From: an uncultured Planctomycetota bacterium
Lineage (GTDB): Bacteria; Planctomycetota; Planctomycetia; Isosphaerales; Isosphaeraceae
Assembly: GCA_963823665.1 (NCBI GenBank)
Contig: CAWGMQ010000011.1
Span: 160,001-224,000, forward strand
Direction of reading: 5' to 3'
Length of the DNA stretch: 64,000 bases
The notes beneath the pieces are model-generated. The model made no database searches, was not told where the DNA came from, and was given only the letters and a program-made list of their open reading frames with translations. The first letter of the stretch is position 1; every line of letters starts with the position of its first letter. Position numbers and translations under genes: made by a program. Below, piece by piece: positions 41,588-52,409 of this stretch.

Positions 41588-44500
41588 TCAGTTCAGGCGG
41601 TCTGTCGCCTTCTTGTTCGACGTGGTCTTCGGATAGGTGTAGAAGAACCAGTCGCGACCGCTGCCGGCCTTCAGGGAGTTCGGGTAGCTGGAGTTGTAAA
41701 CCACCTTCAGCCGCTGGTTGACCAACGTCGTGGGGCTTGCGTTCCAGTCGTTCAGGATCTTCCGGAGCGAGTCGCCGGCGTTCACCACCGTCGCCGACCC
41801 GTCGATGAGGATGTTGTTGCCGTTGCCAAGCTGGATGGTGTGCCGCCCGAGGCCCCCCACGACCAGGTTGGCCCCGTTGCCGGCCTGGACGTTGTCGTTG
41901 CCGTTCCCCTCGACGATCACGTTGCTGCCATCGCCGAGCTGGGTGGTGTCGTTGCCATTGCCGACGGTCACGGTGTTGTTGCCGCCGCCGGCCCATATGC
42001 CGTCGTTGCCATTGCCCAGGCTCACGGTGTTCGACCCGCCGCCGAGCAGGACGTTGTCGTTGCCGTTGCCCAGCGCGATGCTGTTGGCGCCGCCGCCGGC
42101 CGCCACGCCATCGTTGCCATTGCCGGCGGTGACGACATTGTTGCCGCCGCCGAGAACGACGAGGTCGTTTCCGGCGCCTAGGCTGATCGTGTTGTTGCCG
42201 TTGCCCAGCGCGATGCCGACGTTCGCACCGGCGGCATCCGCGGCCGTGATCGTGTTGTTGCCGTTCCCGCCGATGACCAGGTCACTGCCGGTGCCGAGCA
42301 TCACGGTGTTGTTGCCGTTGCCGAGCTGGACCAGGTCGTAACCGTTGCCCGCAGTGATGGCGTTGTTGCCGTTGCCGAGCTGGATGCTGTCGTTGCCGTT
42401 CCCCACCGTCACGGTGTTGTTGCCGCTGCCGGCCTGGACGCTGTCACCACCGTTGCCCAGCGTCACTTTGTTATTGCCGTCACCGAGTTGGACGTTGTCG
42501 TTGCCGGCGCTGCCAGAGACAACCGCGCTCAGTGTCAAGGCGGGGTTGAAGTGCACATTATCATTGCCGTTTTGCAAGGTGATATCCACGGCGGAGAGGG
42601 CCTGGCTGTAATTCGTGGTGGTTGTGCCACCATTGAGCCGAGTTTGGACCTGGACGCCGGTGCTGCCGGTGTTGCTGCTGCCGATCGGGTTGATCTGGAC
42701 CTGGTCGTTGCTCGTGGCGCCATTGCTGCCGATGTACAGGGCCGTTCCCTCGACGCCGATGGACTGCATCACCTGATTCAGCGATGCGCTGCTGGCCGTG
42801 AAGTTGGAGCTTGGAATATAGACCGCCTGTACGCTATGGCTGGCTCCGGTCAGGAAACTGATTGCGGAGCTGAGAGCCTGGCCGCTGGTGTTCAGCGCGA
42901 CCGGCGACCCATAGTTGGCACCATCGACGATGAACTGTACGCTTCCCATCGTGACAGCTCCCGTCGTGCTGGTCACGGCCGCAGTGTAAGTGATCTGCTG
43001 CCCGTAGGCGGCCGGGCTCGCGGAGGATGTGACGCTCGTCTTGGTGGAAACCCCGGCGATCGTGAAGGCAACTGCACCACTGCTGCTGCCGGTATGGTTG
43101 GTATCGCCTGAGTAGGTTGCCGTCACCGTGAACGTGCCGGCGTTGGTGGGGGCGGTCGACGAGGCGGCGTATGTCGTCGAACCGGTGCCGACATAGCTGA
43201 AGGTGAAGTCGGCGAGGTTGGTGTTGTTCAAGCCGCCAGAACCCGTGGCGCTGGCTGCCGTCGCGGGGAAGGGACTGCCGTTGTGTGTGCCGCCAGCGTC
43301 GGTCACCGTGGTGATGGAACCGGCCTTGCTGATCGTAAACGGCGTCGCGAGGCTGCTGCTGCTCGCGTGGGTGGCATTACCCAGGTAGGTGGCAGTGACG
43401 ATGTACGTGCCGGCGTTGGTGGGGGCGGTCGACGAGGCGGCGTATGTCGTCGAACCGGTGCCGACATAGCTGAAGGTGAAATCGGCGAGGTTGGTGTCGT
43501 TCAAGCCGCCAGTCCCCGTGGCGCTGGCTGCGGTCGCGGGGAACGAGCTGCCGTTGTACACGCCGCCGGCATCGGTGACGGTGACGAGGGCCTCGGACTG
43601 ATAGGCGCCGATATCCGGACCGCTGGCCGGCCGAGGGAAGCCCCGTTGGTCCGTGGTGATGCCGTTAATCGACGCCCCCGCGCCGATTGCCGGGCTGCCG
43701 GAAAGAAGGGCCATGGTCGGGGTTGGGCCGCCATTGTTGCCCAGGGACGCCAGCAGCGGGTTGAGAGGCGTAGCCACGGTGCCGGTCAGGTCCGAGCTGA
43801 CCCAACCGCTGCTGCCGTCGGTGGCTCCGATGAGGTTGTTTCCCTGCGAGGTGACGGCGTTGCTGACATTGGGGCCGGAGCTTGCGGAGTTTCCTGCGAC
43901 GATGGAATCACCGATTGTCAGGGTGTATGCGTTGCCGCTGTTGTCGATAGCGCCGCCGCTCCCGCTGCCGCCGGTGCCGGCTTGATTCGCCGACAGCGTG
44001 CTGTCGAGCACGGTTACGGAACCCACATTTTCAATAGCGCCCCCGGAACCAGCGGCACTATTCGAAGCCAGCGTGCTGTTCACAACAGTCAGGCTGCCTG
44101 TGACCACGACAGCCCCGCCCAGGCCGGTGGTGGTATTGCCGCTAAGCGTGCTGCTCGTGATCGTCAGCGTGCCTTGGTCGACGATTGCTCCGCCGCTACT
44201 GGACTTCCCGTCAATGAGGCTCAGATCGGAAAGCGTGGCGGTGACGCCGGCTTTCACGTCGAACAGGCCGACGCTGATTCCGCCGCTGAGGATCACGCCT
44301 GCGGCGGGTCCGGTGATGATCGTCGTTCCGCTCGAGTCGCTGAGCGTCAGCGGGCTGTTCAGAGTGATGGTTTGCGACGTCGCGAAGACCGTCGGGTCAA
44401 AGGTGATGGCATGCGTGCCGGCACCAAGCGTGTTGGCGTAGGCGACCGCATCACGGAGGGTGTTGCCGGTGGAGACCATCACCGGTGCTATTGACGACCA

Positions 44501-47500
44501 TGCTGCCGCTGACGGTGACCGAGTTGGCGCTCGCGACGCTCGTGGCCGGGTTGTTGGCCGCGTCGCCACAGTAGGTGGCGACCCAGTAATCGGTGCCGAG
44601 CGACGCCGCGGTGGTGATGAAGCCTTTGGAGGTCGCGCTTCCGTTGATCAGTGGTTCCGTGTCGGTGAACAACGCCGGGGCGGTGGCGGTGGCGTTGTTG
44701 TAGAGGCTGAACGTCACGACGCCGGTCGGATTGTTGCCAGTGACCGTGACTTTGTCGGCGATGGATGAGCCGAGGGTTGCGGTTGCCGGTTGGGCGGCGG
44801 TGGTGATGGTCGGGTTCACCGGTCCTGGGGGGGTATAGATCGCAAAGCCCGTGACAGCGGCTCCGACTGCATAGTTGCCGCTCGCCGCGTATGAACCAAC
44901 GACAACGTACCTGCCCAGGGCGCTGGCGCACCGGAGAGCGGATTGGTGAAGTTCACGTCAGTGGCGGCAAAGTAGGTGAACGTCGGCGTGCCGAGATTCG
45001 CACCGCCCACTCCAGTGACGGTCCCGGTCGCCGGGAACGGGTTGCCGGTGACAGCACCGCCTGAGTCGGTGACGGTCACGGTCGGCATCGCCTGCGCAAC
45101 GTTGACTGTCACGCTTGACGTGGCGGTCGTGTAATCGGCTGCGTCTAAGGGCGTGAATGTGACGGCTACGCTCTGGCCGTTGCCAGCGTTCAGCAAATTG
45201 CCGGCGGCGCTGGTGTAAGCAAAGGTGCCAGGGACGGCAATCGTGCTTCCTCCAAGTGTGTACGAGGCGGTGCCGCTGAGCTGAGTGCTCACCAGGGCCG
45301 TGCCGTAGGTGATACTCACCGCGTTCAAGCTGGTTACTGTCGGCGTTGCCTGCGAGACGCTGACGGACGCATTCGAGGACGCCGTGGTGTAGTCCTCCGT
45401 ATCGAGAGGCGTGAACGTGACGGCCTCACTCTGTCCGCTGCCTGCATCGGGCACGCTGCCGGTGGCGCTCGTGTAGCTAAACGTACCGGGAACGCTCACC
45501 GTGCTTCCGTTGACCACGTAACTCGCGCTACCGTCAAGTTGGATGCTTGCCAGCGCGGTGCCGTAGGGGATGTTGACGGCGCTCACGCTCGTCACCGTTG
45601 GCGTGGCCTGGGCGACGTTGACGGTGACGGTCAACGACACCGGCGCGTAATTCGCCGTATCGTCGGGCGTGAAGATGACCGCTTCACTTTGCCCAGTGCC
45701 TGCATTGAGCACAAGGCCCGCGGCAGTGGTGTAGGCGAAGCTGCCGGGGATGGTCGTGGGAGTGCCGCCGATGGGATACGTCGCGGTCCCGCTGATCTGG
45801 CCGTTGGCCAGGGCGGTGCCGTAGGTGATGTTGACCGGGTTCAGGGAAACGGTGGACGCAACCGGCGAGCTCTGGGCGACGTTCACGGTCACCGACGTAT
45901 CCACTGTCTCAAAGTCCGTGGTGTCGTTCGGTGTGAACGTGACGTTTTCAATTTGTCCATTTCCAGCATTGAGCACAACGCCGGCATTGGTGGTGTATGT
46001 GAAGGTGCCCTGGACGGCTACCGTGCTTCCGTTGACGGTGCTTGTCGCGGTGCCGGCAAGCTGATTGTTATCCAGCTCGGTGCCGGGGATGAGGTTGACT
46101 GGGTTCACCGTCACTATCGGCTCGACCTGGGCGACGTTCACGGTCACAGTCGAGGATATCTCCGCGTAATCGGTTGGGTCGGCGGGAATGAAGGTGACCG
46201 GTTCGGTCTGCCCATTGCCCGCGTGCGGCACGCTGCCGGCGCCATTGGTATAAACGAGCGTGCCCGGCAGCGTGTTTTCGCCATCGGTGATCGTTCCGCT
46301 CAACTGGCTGTCGGCCAGGGCCGTGCCGTAAGTGAGGTTGACGGAGGACAGGCTCACGATCACGGGCGTGACCTTGGCAACGTTCACGACCACGGTTGAC
46401 GATTCCGGCGCGTAAGCCATGAGGTTAGAGGGCGTGAAGGTGACCGCTTCGGTCTGCCCCGAGCCCGCGTGCAAGCTAGTCCCTGCGGCGCTGGTAAACG
46501 TGAAGCTGCCGGGGATGCTGACCAGGGTGCTGCCCACGGTCGCCAACGCGACACCCTGGAGCTGCAAGTTGCTCAGCGGGGTGCCATAGGTGATGTTGAT
46601 CGGGTCGACCAGCAACGGCGCCAACGTGGTGATCGTAATTCCGGACGTGTCAAGATAGACCGGAGTGGTGTCGGTGGAAGTTGTTGTCGTTCCGGGCCCA
46701 CTATCGGATGCGACCAGATCAGTCTCCGTCACCGTGCGACTGGCCGCAGCCACGAAGCCCTGGTAGCCGTTGGTGTCGACGACAACCGGCCCAGCAACGA
46801 CCAGATCATTGGTAACGACAGGCAAATCTGACTGTAAGATGATGACGTTCCCCGTCGGCCCGCTCAGGTTGGGCGCAAACGCGATGTTATGCAAACCGGG
46901 CTCCGAGTTGGCCAGCAGGATCGCATCTCGCAGAGTGCCGGCGGCGCCTGGAGCATCGGAGTCTGACGTCACGATGATCGGCGGGTTGTTTTCGTTGATG
47001 ATTGCATTGATGAGCGTTTCATCAACGGTCGTGCCATCACCCAGGTTTGCCGTGGTATCTCCGTTCTCTACCACGGTGGGATCATCCATCCCCACGATGC
47101 CCGTGGTGCGCGAGACTTTCACCCCGGTAAAGTATTGCTGCGCGATCCCATCCACGGTGTCGCCCAGCCCGACCGGCACCGCCGACGTCGAATAAACAGT
47201 TGAACCATTGACCATGTCCGGTACAAAGTCCTGGTTCAGATTGTTTCGGTACAGCGTGCTGGGATTGCCCAGGTCCGTTGGGATCAATCCATTGTCGTTA
47301 GCCCCGTTGTCATTCTCCGCATAGTTCCATCGCGTATTGGGGTCGGTGATGGTGTGCGAATTCTGATCCACTTCGGCCGGTTGCCAGCCAGGTGTGAGCC
47401 CCGTTTGGGGATCGGCGGCGGGAGTCCAGCTCTGGTCGGCATTGGGAACAAATACAATTTTTCCCCGAACTTCGCCCAATGTGGGAGTGATAGCCGGGTT

Positions 47501-50500
47501 AGAAGAGTAGTAGACGAAATCCTTGTAGTTGGTGCCCGGAACTGCCGTGTCAGGCGAGTCGAGCAGCGTGTTGAGGTCGGTGTTGAAGCTATTGGAACTG
47601 TTCACCGGGGTGGCGTCGTTGCTCAAGGAAACCACGATGGTTTCCGTGGGCTCGGACTGCAGGAACGAGGTCATCTCGTTCAGCGCGCCTTGCATGGTGT
47701 AGCCGGTAAAATCCTGGCCGGCGTTGAGGTTGATGGTGTCGTTGACCAGACCCGCTTGCAAATCCAGCGAGCGAACCCCCGTATCGAGCTGGTCGGCGAT
47801 GCTCAGCGTTTGCGTTTGCTCCGTGGTCTCATGGTTTTGCAGCGTCGTCAGTTCGGCCGTGAAATTAACATCCGCGGTCGCCGCCAAAAAGCCTGCCGCA
47901 TCTGCGGCCTTGGCCGCGTTGGCGGCCAGGCCATCGGCTTTCTCTGCCGCTGCATTTGCAAGGTCCGCGGCGGTGTCTACTTTTGTTTCAGTTAAGTTGG
48001 CCGCAGCCGCCGACTGATCCGCTGTAGTTGCGTCGGCATTGGCCGTAACTGCCGTGGCATCCGCATCCGCCGCCATTTCGTCAGCGGTAACGGCCAACCC
48101 ATCTTCGCCCGCCGCCGTCTCATCCAGAGGCGTCGCCGCTGCATCGATGCCAGCCGAAACGCCGTCGGTGGCGACGTCCGTGACATCGGCGCCAAGCGAG
48201 ACTTCATCCAGGGCAACCGCCACGGCTTCGCCGACCGCGGCGGCCGCAGCCGTGCCAATATCCACAAAGATGATTTCGGCCGTGGCCGCGGCAATGGCAT
48301 CCAAGGCAATTGCAGCGATGTCCGCGGCCCCCGCCGCAGTATCCGCGGCCGCCGTGACGCCATTGTCGGTCGCCGCCGCAATATCCGCGCCGTCGGCTGC
48401 TGAATCGGCCCCCAGCGCCGCTGAATTCTCGGGAGTTGCCGCCTCATCCAACGCAGCCGCCTTCTCATCCAACAAAGTCGCCTCCGCGTCATCGGCCGCG
48501 GCTGTTGAGTTGGCCTCTTCCGCCGCCGTGTCCATGGCGGTCGCTTCCGTCGCCGCGCTGGCCTCGGCCTGATCCGCAGCCGCAGCCACGCTATCCAAGA
48601 CGGCTGCATTGCTGGCCAAGACGCCCTCCGCCGTGAGCGCCGTCGCCGCCGCCGCATGCGTGCTGGCCTCCGTCAAGGCAAGCCCATAGACCGTATTCTG
48701 GTCCGTAACGTTGTTGCTGTTGTTGCCCGTCGTGTTGGGGGTGCTCATCCCAGCGGCGAACGTGCCATAAAAACTTGCCGCCAGCGCATTCGCAGCCGCC
48801 CCGGTAAAAGCCGCAGTCGCTGCGAGCGCGTTCGTTACCGCCGACGTCGTACGTTTGGCGGCGTCCGCGGCATAGTCAGTCGTCGCTGCCGAGTTGGCGG
48901 TTGCCGCGGCCGGATCGGACCCATTGGCCGCCAGACCCGCCCCGGACGCCGTTGCATTGACGCCCCCAACCGCGTTATCCAGGCCACTGGCAGGCCCATT
49001 GGTGGCATCGGCCGCCGCGTCGGCGGCGTCCGCCGCAGTATCTCCGCTGACCGCGGCCGCATCCGCCGCCGCTGCGGTTCCATCGAGTCCGGCTGCGATC
49101 TCATCCGCGACCGGATCAATTCCATCCTCCGCCCCCGCCACGACATCGGCGGTGGCCGCGGAAGCGTCGGTCGTCGCAGCGGTTGCGTCCTCTCCCCCGG
49201 CGATCCCGTCCGTAAGCCCCGCCGCGGCATCCGTGCCCGCTGCCGCCGTGTCTGCGCCACCCGCCTCTCCATCCGCAGTCCCCGCGGCCGAATCGGCACC
49301 AGCGGCCGTTTCGTGATCGGTTGCCGCCGTCGTATCAGCCGCTTGGGCTGCGGGATCGTCGAGGGCCGCCGCTTTATCGGCCGCCTGGGCTGCGCTGCTC
49401 GCTGTTGAGGCAGCAAGAGACGCGCTGTCCGACGCCACAGCGGCGATGTCTGCTGTCAGACCGACGGCCAAACCGGCCCCCGTGCTGGTCTGCGTGATTC
49501 CCGCGGTAGCGTCCGCTGAAAACGCCAGACCGTCCGCGACGACCGCCTGCGCATTCAACGGCACGCTCGGCGGATCGGCAGCCAGCGCGGCTGCCACCGC
49601 GGCAGAATCCGCTAGATGCAATGCCAGCGCTGAGTTATTCACGCCGACGGCCGTCACCGTCGTTGGGGCGAGCACGGTCGACGACCCGCTGCCGATCAAT
49701 GCATCCGACAAGCTCGGGCCCGCCGCCGAGTTGACCGTGCCCGGCAGGGAGACATCCGTCAGTGGAACGCCGTCGGGTTCCGCGGCCATCCAGTCGCCCG
49801 GACCGCTGATGACAACCACCGGATCCGACCCGCTGTTGCTGGTGGCTGCGACGTTGTTGCTGTCGCCGCTGTAGGTGGCTACCCAGTAATAGGTGCCGGG
49901 GTTTGTGGGGCTGGCGTACCCCGATGTGGCAACGCCGCCCGACACCGTTTCGGGGGGGTTGGTAATATACAAGGGCGTGCCGCTGGCGTTGGGGTTGTCG
50001 TAGAGACTGAACGTGACGGTGCCGCTGGGATTGAAGCCGGTGACGGTGGCTTTATCGTCAATTCCCAGGCCGACCTCCCCAATAGCGTTAACGGCCGTGG
50101 TGGTAATGGAGGCAGGGTAGGGCTTGACAACCACCGGGTCGGCCCCGCTGATGCTCGTCGCGGTGCCGTTATCGGGGTCGCCGTTGTAGGTGGCAACCCA
50201 GTAATCGGTGCCGGCATTCAAGGTGCTGTAGTTCTTTGCTGTGGCAACGCCGCCGGAGAGAGTTTCGGTATCCGTGTACAAGGGCGTGCCGGTGGCGGTT
50301 GCGTTGGCGTAAAGGTTGAACGTGACGGTGCCGGTGGGGTTGAGACCCGTGACGGTCACTTTGTCCGCAATGGGGGTGCCGACTATCGCGCTGGGCGGCT
50401 GGGCCACGGTGGCAACGCCCGGCAGGTAGGCAATGTTCACCATGCCGTTGCCGGTTTCGGTGACCTGGGCGGTGGTACTGGCGACTGAGGGGTCGAAGTA

Positions 50501-51397
50501 CGACCCGCCGCCGCCCCCCTGATTTAGTGCATCTGACCCAGCCCCGCCACCGCCCCCCGAATAACCGCCACCGCCGCCGCCGCCGCCGTAACTAGCATCC
50601 TCCCCGCCGCCGCCACCACCGCCGAAGCCGCCACTGCCGATGCCGCCACCGTCGATGATGACCACGTTGGTGCTGGCCCCATCGCCGCCACGAAAGGACG
50701 GTGCGCCAGAGCCCGAGCTCCCGGCTCCCACCGGGGGAAATTCAGGTCCTCCTCCACCTGAGAACCACCCGCCCCCACCGCCACCCTCGCCGGTTCCCTC
50801 GGGGTCGCCGCCGCCGGGAAAGCCGCCCGAGCCGTCGACCCCGCCCTGTCCAAAAGAGTAGAAGGGATTGGCTACAGCCTCTGCATCGGCACCCCCGTTT
50901 ACTCCGGTCTGCGCGTTGCCACCGGTGCCACCGGCACCGCCGCCGCCACCACCGGCAGCGATCAAAGGTTGGCTTGCGGGTTGGCCGTCACTGGTTTGGA
51001 ACACAAAGCTGCCGCCGCCCCCTCCTCCACTCAACAGGCCCAAACTACCTTGGCCGCCTACCAAAACGTCCAGCGTCGTTCCCGCAGTCAGCAGGACATT
51101 GCCGCTCAGCACGGCGCCCAGGCCGCCTGGAGCGCCGACATATCCCTCGCCTGGTACATATGCGTCGGGGCTGCTGCTGCCTCCCTGCGCCCCATCCACT
51201 GTGATCTCATAAACCCCCGTCCGAGGCACGGTATAGGTCTGGATCGCTCCGGTGTAGGCGAAGCCCGTCAGCATCAGCCGCGGCTCCATCGCCTCGATCG
51301 CAACCCTCGCGGCTTGTTGTCGACGACGGCTGGACTTCGGCCGACCCTGCGACCCACCAACGACTTTGCGGCGACGATTGAATGGAAGTGGCTTCAA
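41588..51397 (-). CDS. Giant secreted multidomain surface protein (~3,270 aa; frameshifts ~44925 and ~44475)
   Basis: Probable TTG start with GGGAG RBS; basic N-terminus and MEPRLML motif; Gly-rich domain; Ig-like repeats; split PI-PLC-like domain; ~75-aa repeats; choice-of-anchor-Q-like NPLLASLGNNGGPTPT...DQRG; GNGN nonamer RTX-like repeats; C-terminal GRDWFF. ORFs 44816..51574, 44451..44819 and 41588..44569 join. Confidence 0.8.
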
Positions 51398-51778
51398 CGG
51401 AGGTTGCTCCCTGGTGAGTATCGTGGGATGCGGAACAGGGTTCAGGCAAAGGGGGTCGCGGCCCCGCGACGCCGGATCGGGTGGGCGATCGTCTCGCCTC
51501 GGCGCGCGCAGGTCTGCTCTTCCTCGGCCAGCCGCTCGGTGATCAGGAGACCGCTCTAAACAGCGCTCTCGCACACCGGCGACAATCCAAGATCACCGTG
51601 CGGGCCGAAAACCCTTCACCGCCGCACGATGGTTTTTTTCAACGCCCGCGGCCTGTCCGCTCCGCACCTCACTGTTCTAGGCCGACACCGGTTTGGAATC
51701 GCATCGGCGTTGTGCTAGACTCGGTCCCGGTCTAAGCCCGGCCTGACCACAGACTTCCAGGGCGGAGGGGACGCGTAG

Positions 51779-52381
51779 GTGAGCGATGGGGAGGGTTCCG
51801 TCTCACGTTGGGTCAGGGGTCTGAAGGCCGGCGATCCCGAGGCCGCCAGGCAGATCTGGCAGCGCTACTTCGTCGACCTGGTGAGGCTCGCCCGGCCACG
51901 GCTTCGCGAGATCTCCCGCGCCCCGGCCGACGAGGAAGACGTCGCCTTGAGCGCCTTCGACAGCCTCTGCCGCGGCGCGGGCGAGGGGCGATTTCCCAGG
52001 CTCGAGGATCGCAACGACCTCTGGCGGGTCCTGGTCACGATAACCGCGTGCAAGGCCGCCAACCAGGTCCGGCACCAGACGCGGCTCAAGCGGGGCGGCG
52101 GTCAGGTCGTGGCCGAGGCCGACCTCGCCGCCAGCGCCCTGGCGGCCGGCGGGCTGGCCCAGGCCCCCGCGGCCGAGCCGAGCCCCGAGCTGGCGGCCCT
52201 CCTCGCCGAGCAGTGCCGCCGCCTCTTCGACCTGCTCCCCGACGAGCCGCTCCGCCAGGTTGCGGCGCTCAAGCTGGAGGGATACACCGACCGCGAGGTC
52301 GCCGCGCGGCTTTGCTGCGGCCTGAGCACCGTCGAGCGGCGGCTCAGGACCGTCCGCACCTGCTGGGCGGCGTGGGGTTGA
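51779..52381 (+). CDS. ECF-type sigma factor (Planctomycete Sigma70_ECF-like)
   Basis: GSVSRW...GDPEAARQIWQRYF..LVRLAR, DEEDVALSAFDS, LKLEGYTDREVA...STVERRL. Confidence 0.88.
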   Translation: MSDGEGSVSRWVRGLKAGDPEAARQIWQRYFVDLVRLARPRLREISRAPADEEDVALSAFDSLCRGAGEGRFPRLEDRNDLWRVLVTITACKAANQVRHQTRLKRGGGQVVAEADLAASALAAGGLAQAPAAEPSPELAALLAEQCRRLFDLLPDEPLRQVAALKLEGYTDREVAARLCCGLSTVERRLRTVRTCWAAWG

Positions 52382-52409
52382 GACTCGATTCACGGCATGG
52401 GAGCGAATC

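Noticed and set aside
41810..42570. CRISPR-like periodic repeats
   Set aside because: 27-nt periodicity is explained by coding GNGN nonapeptides; no unique spacers or cas genes.
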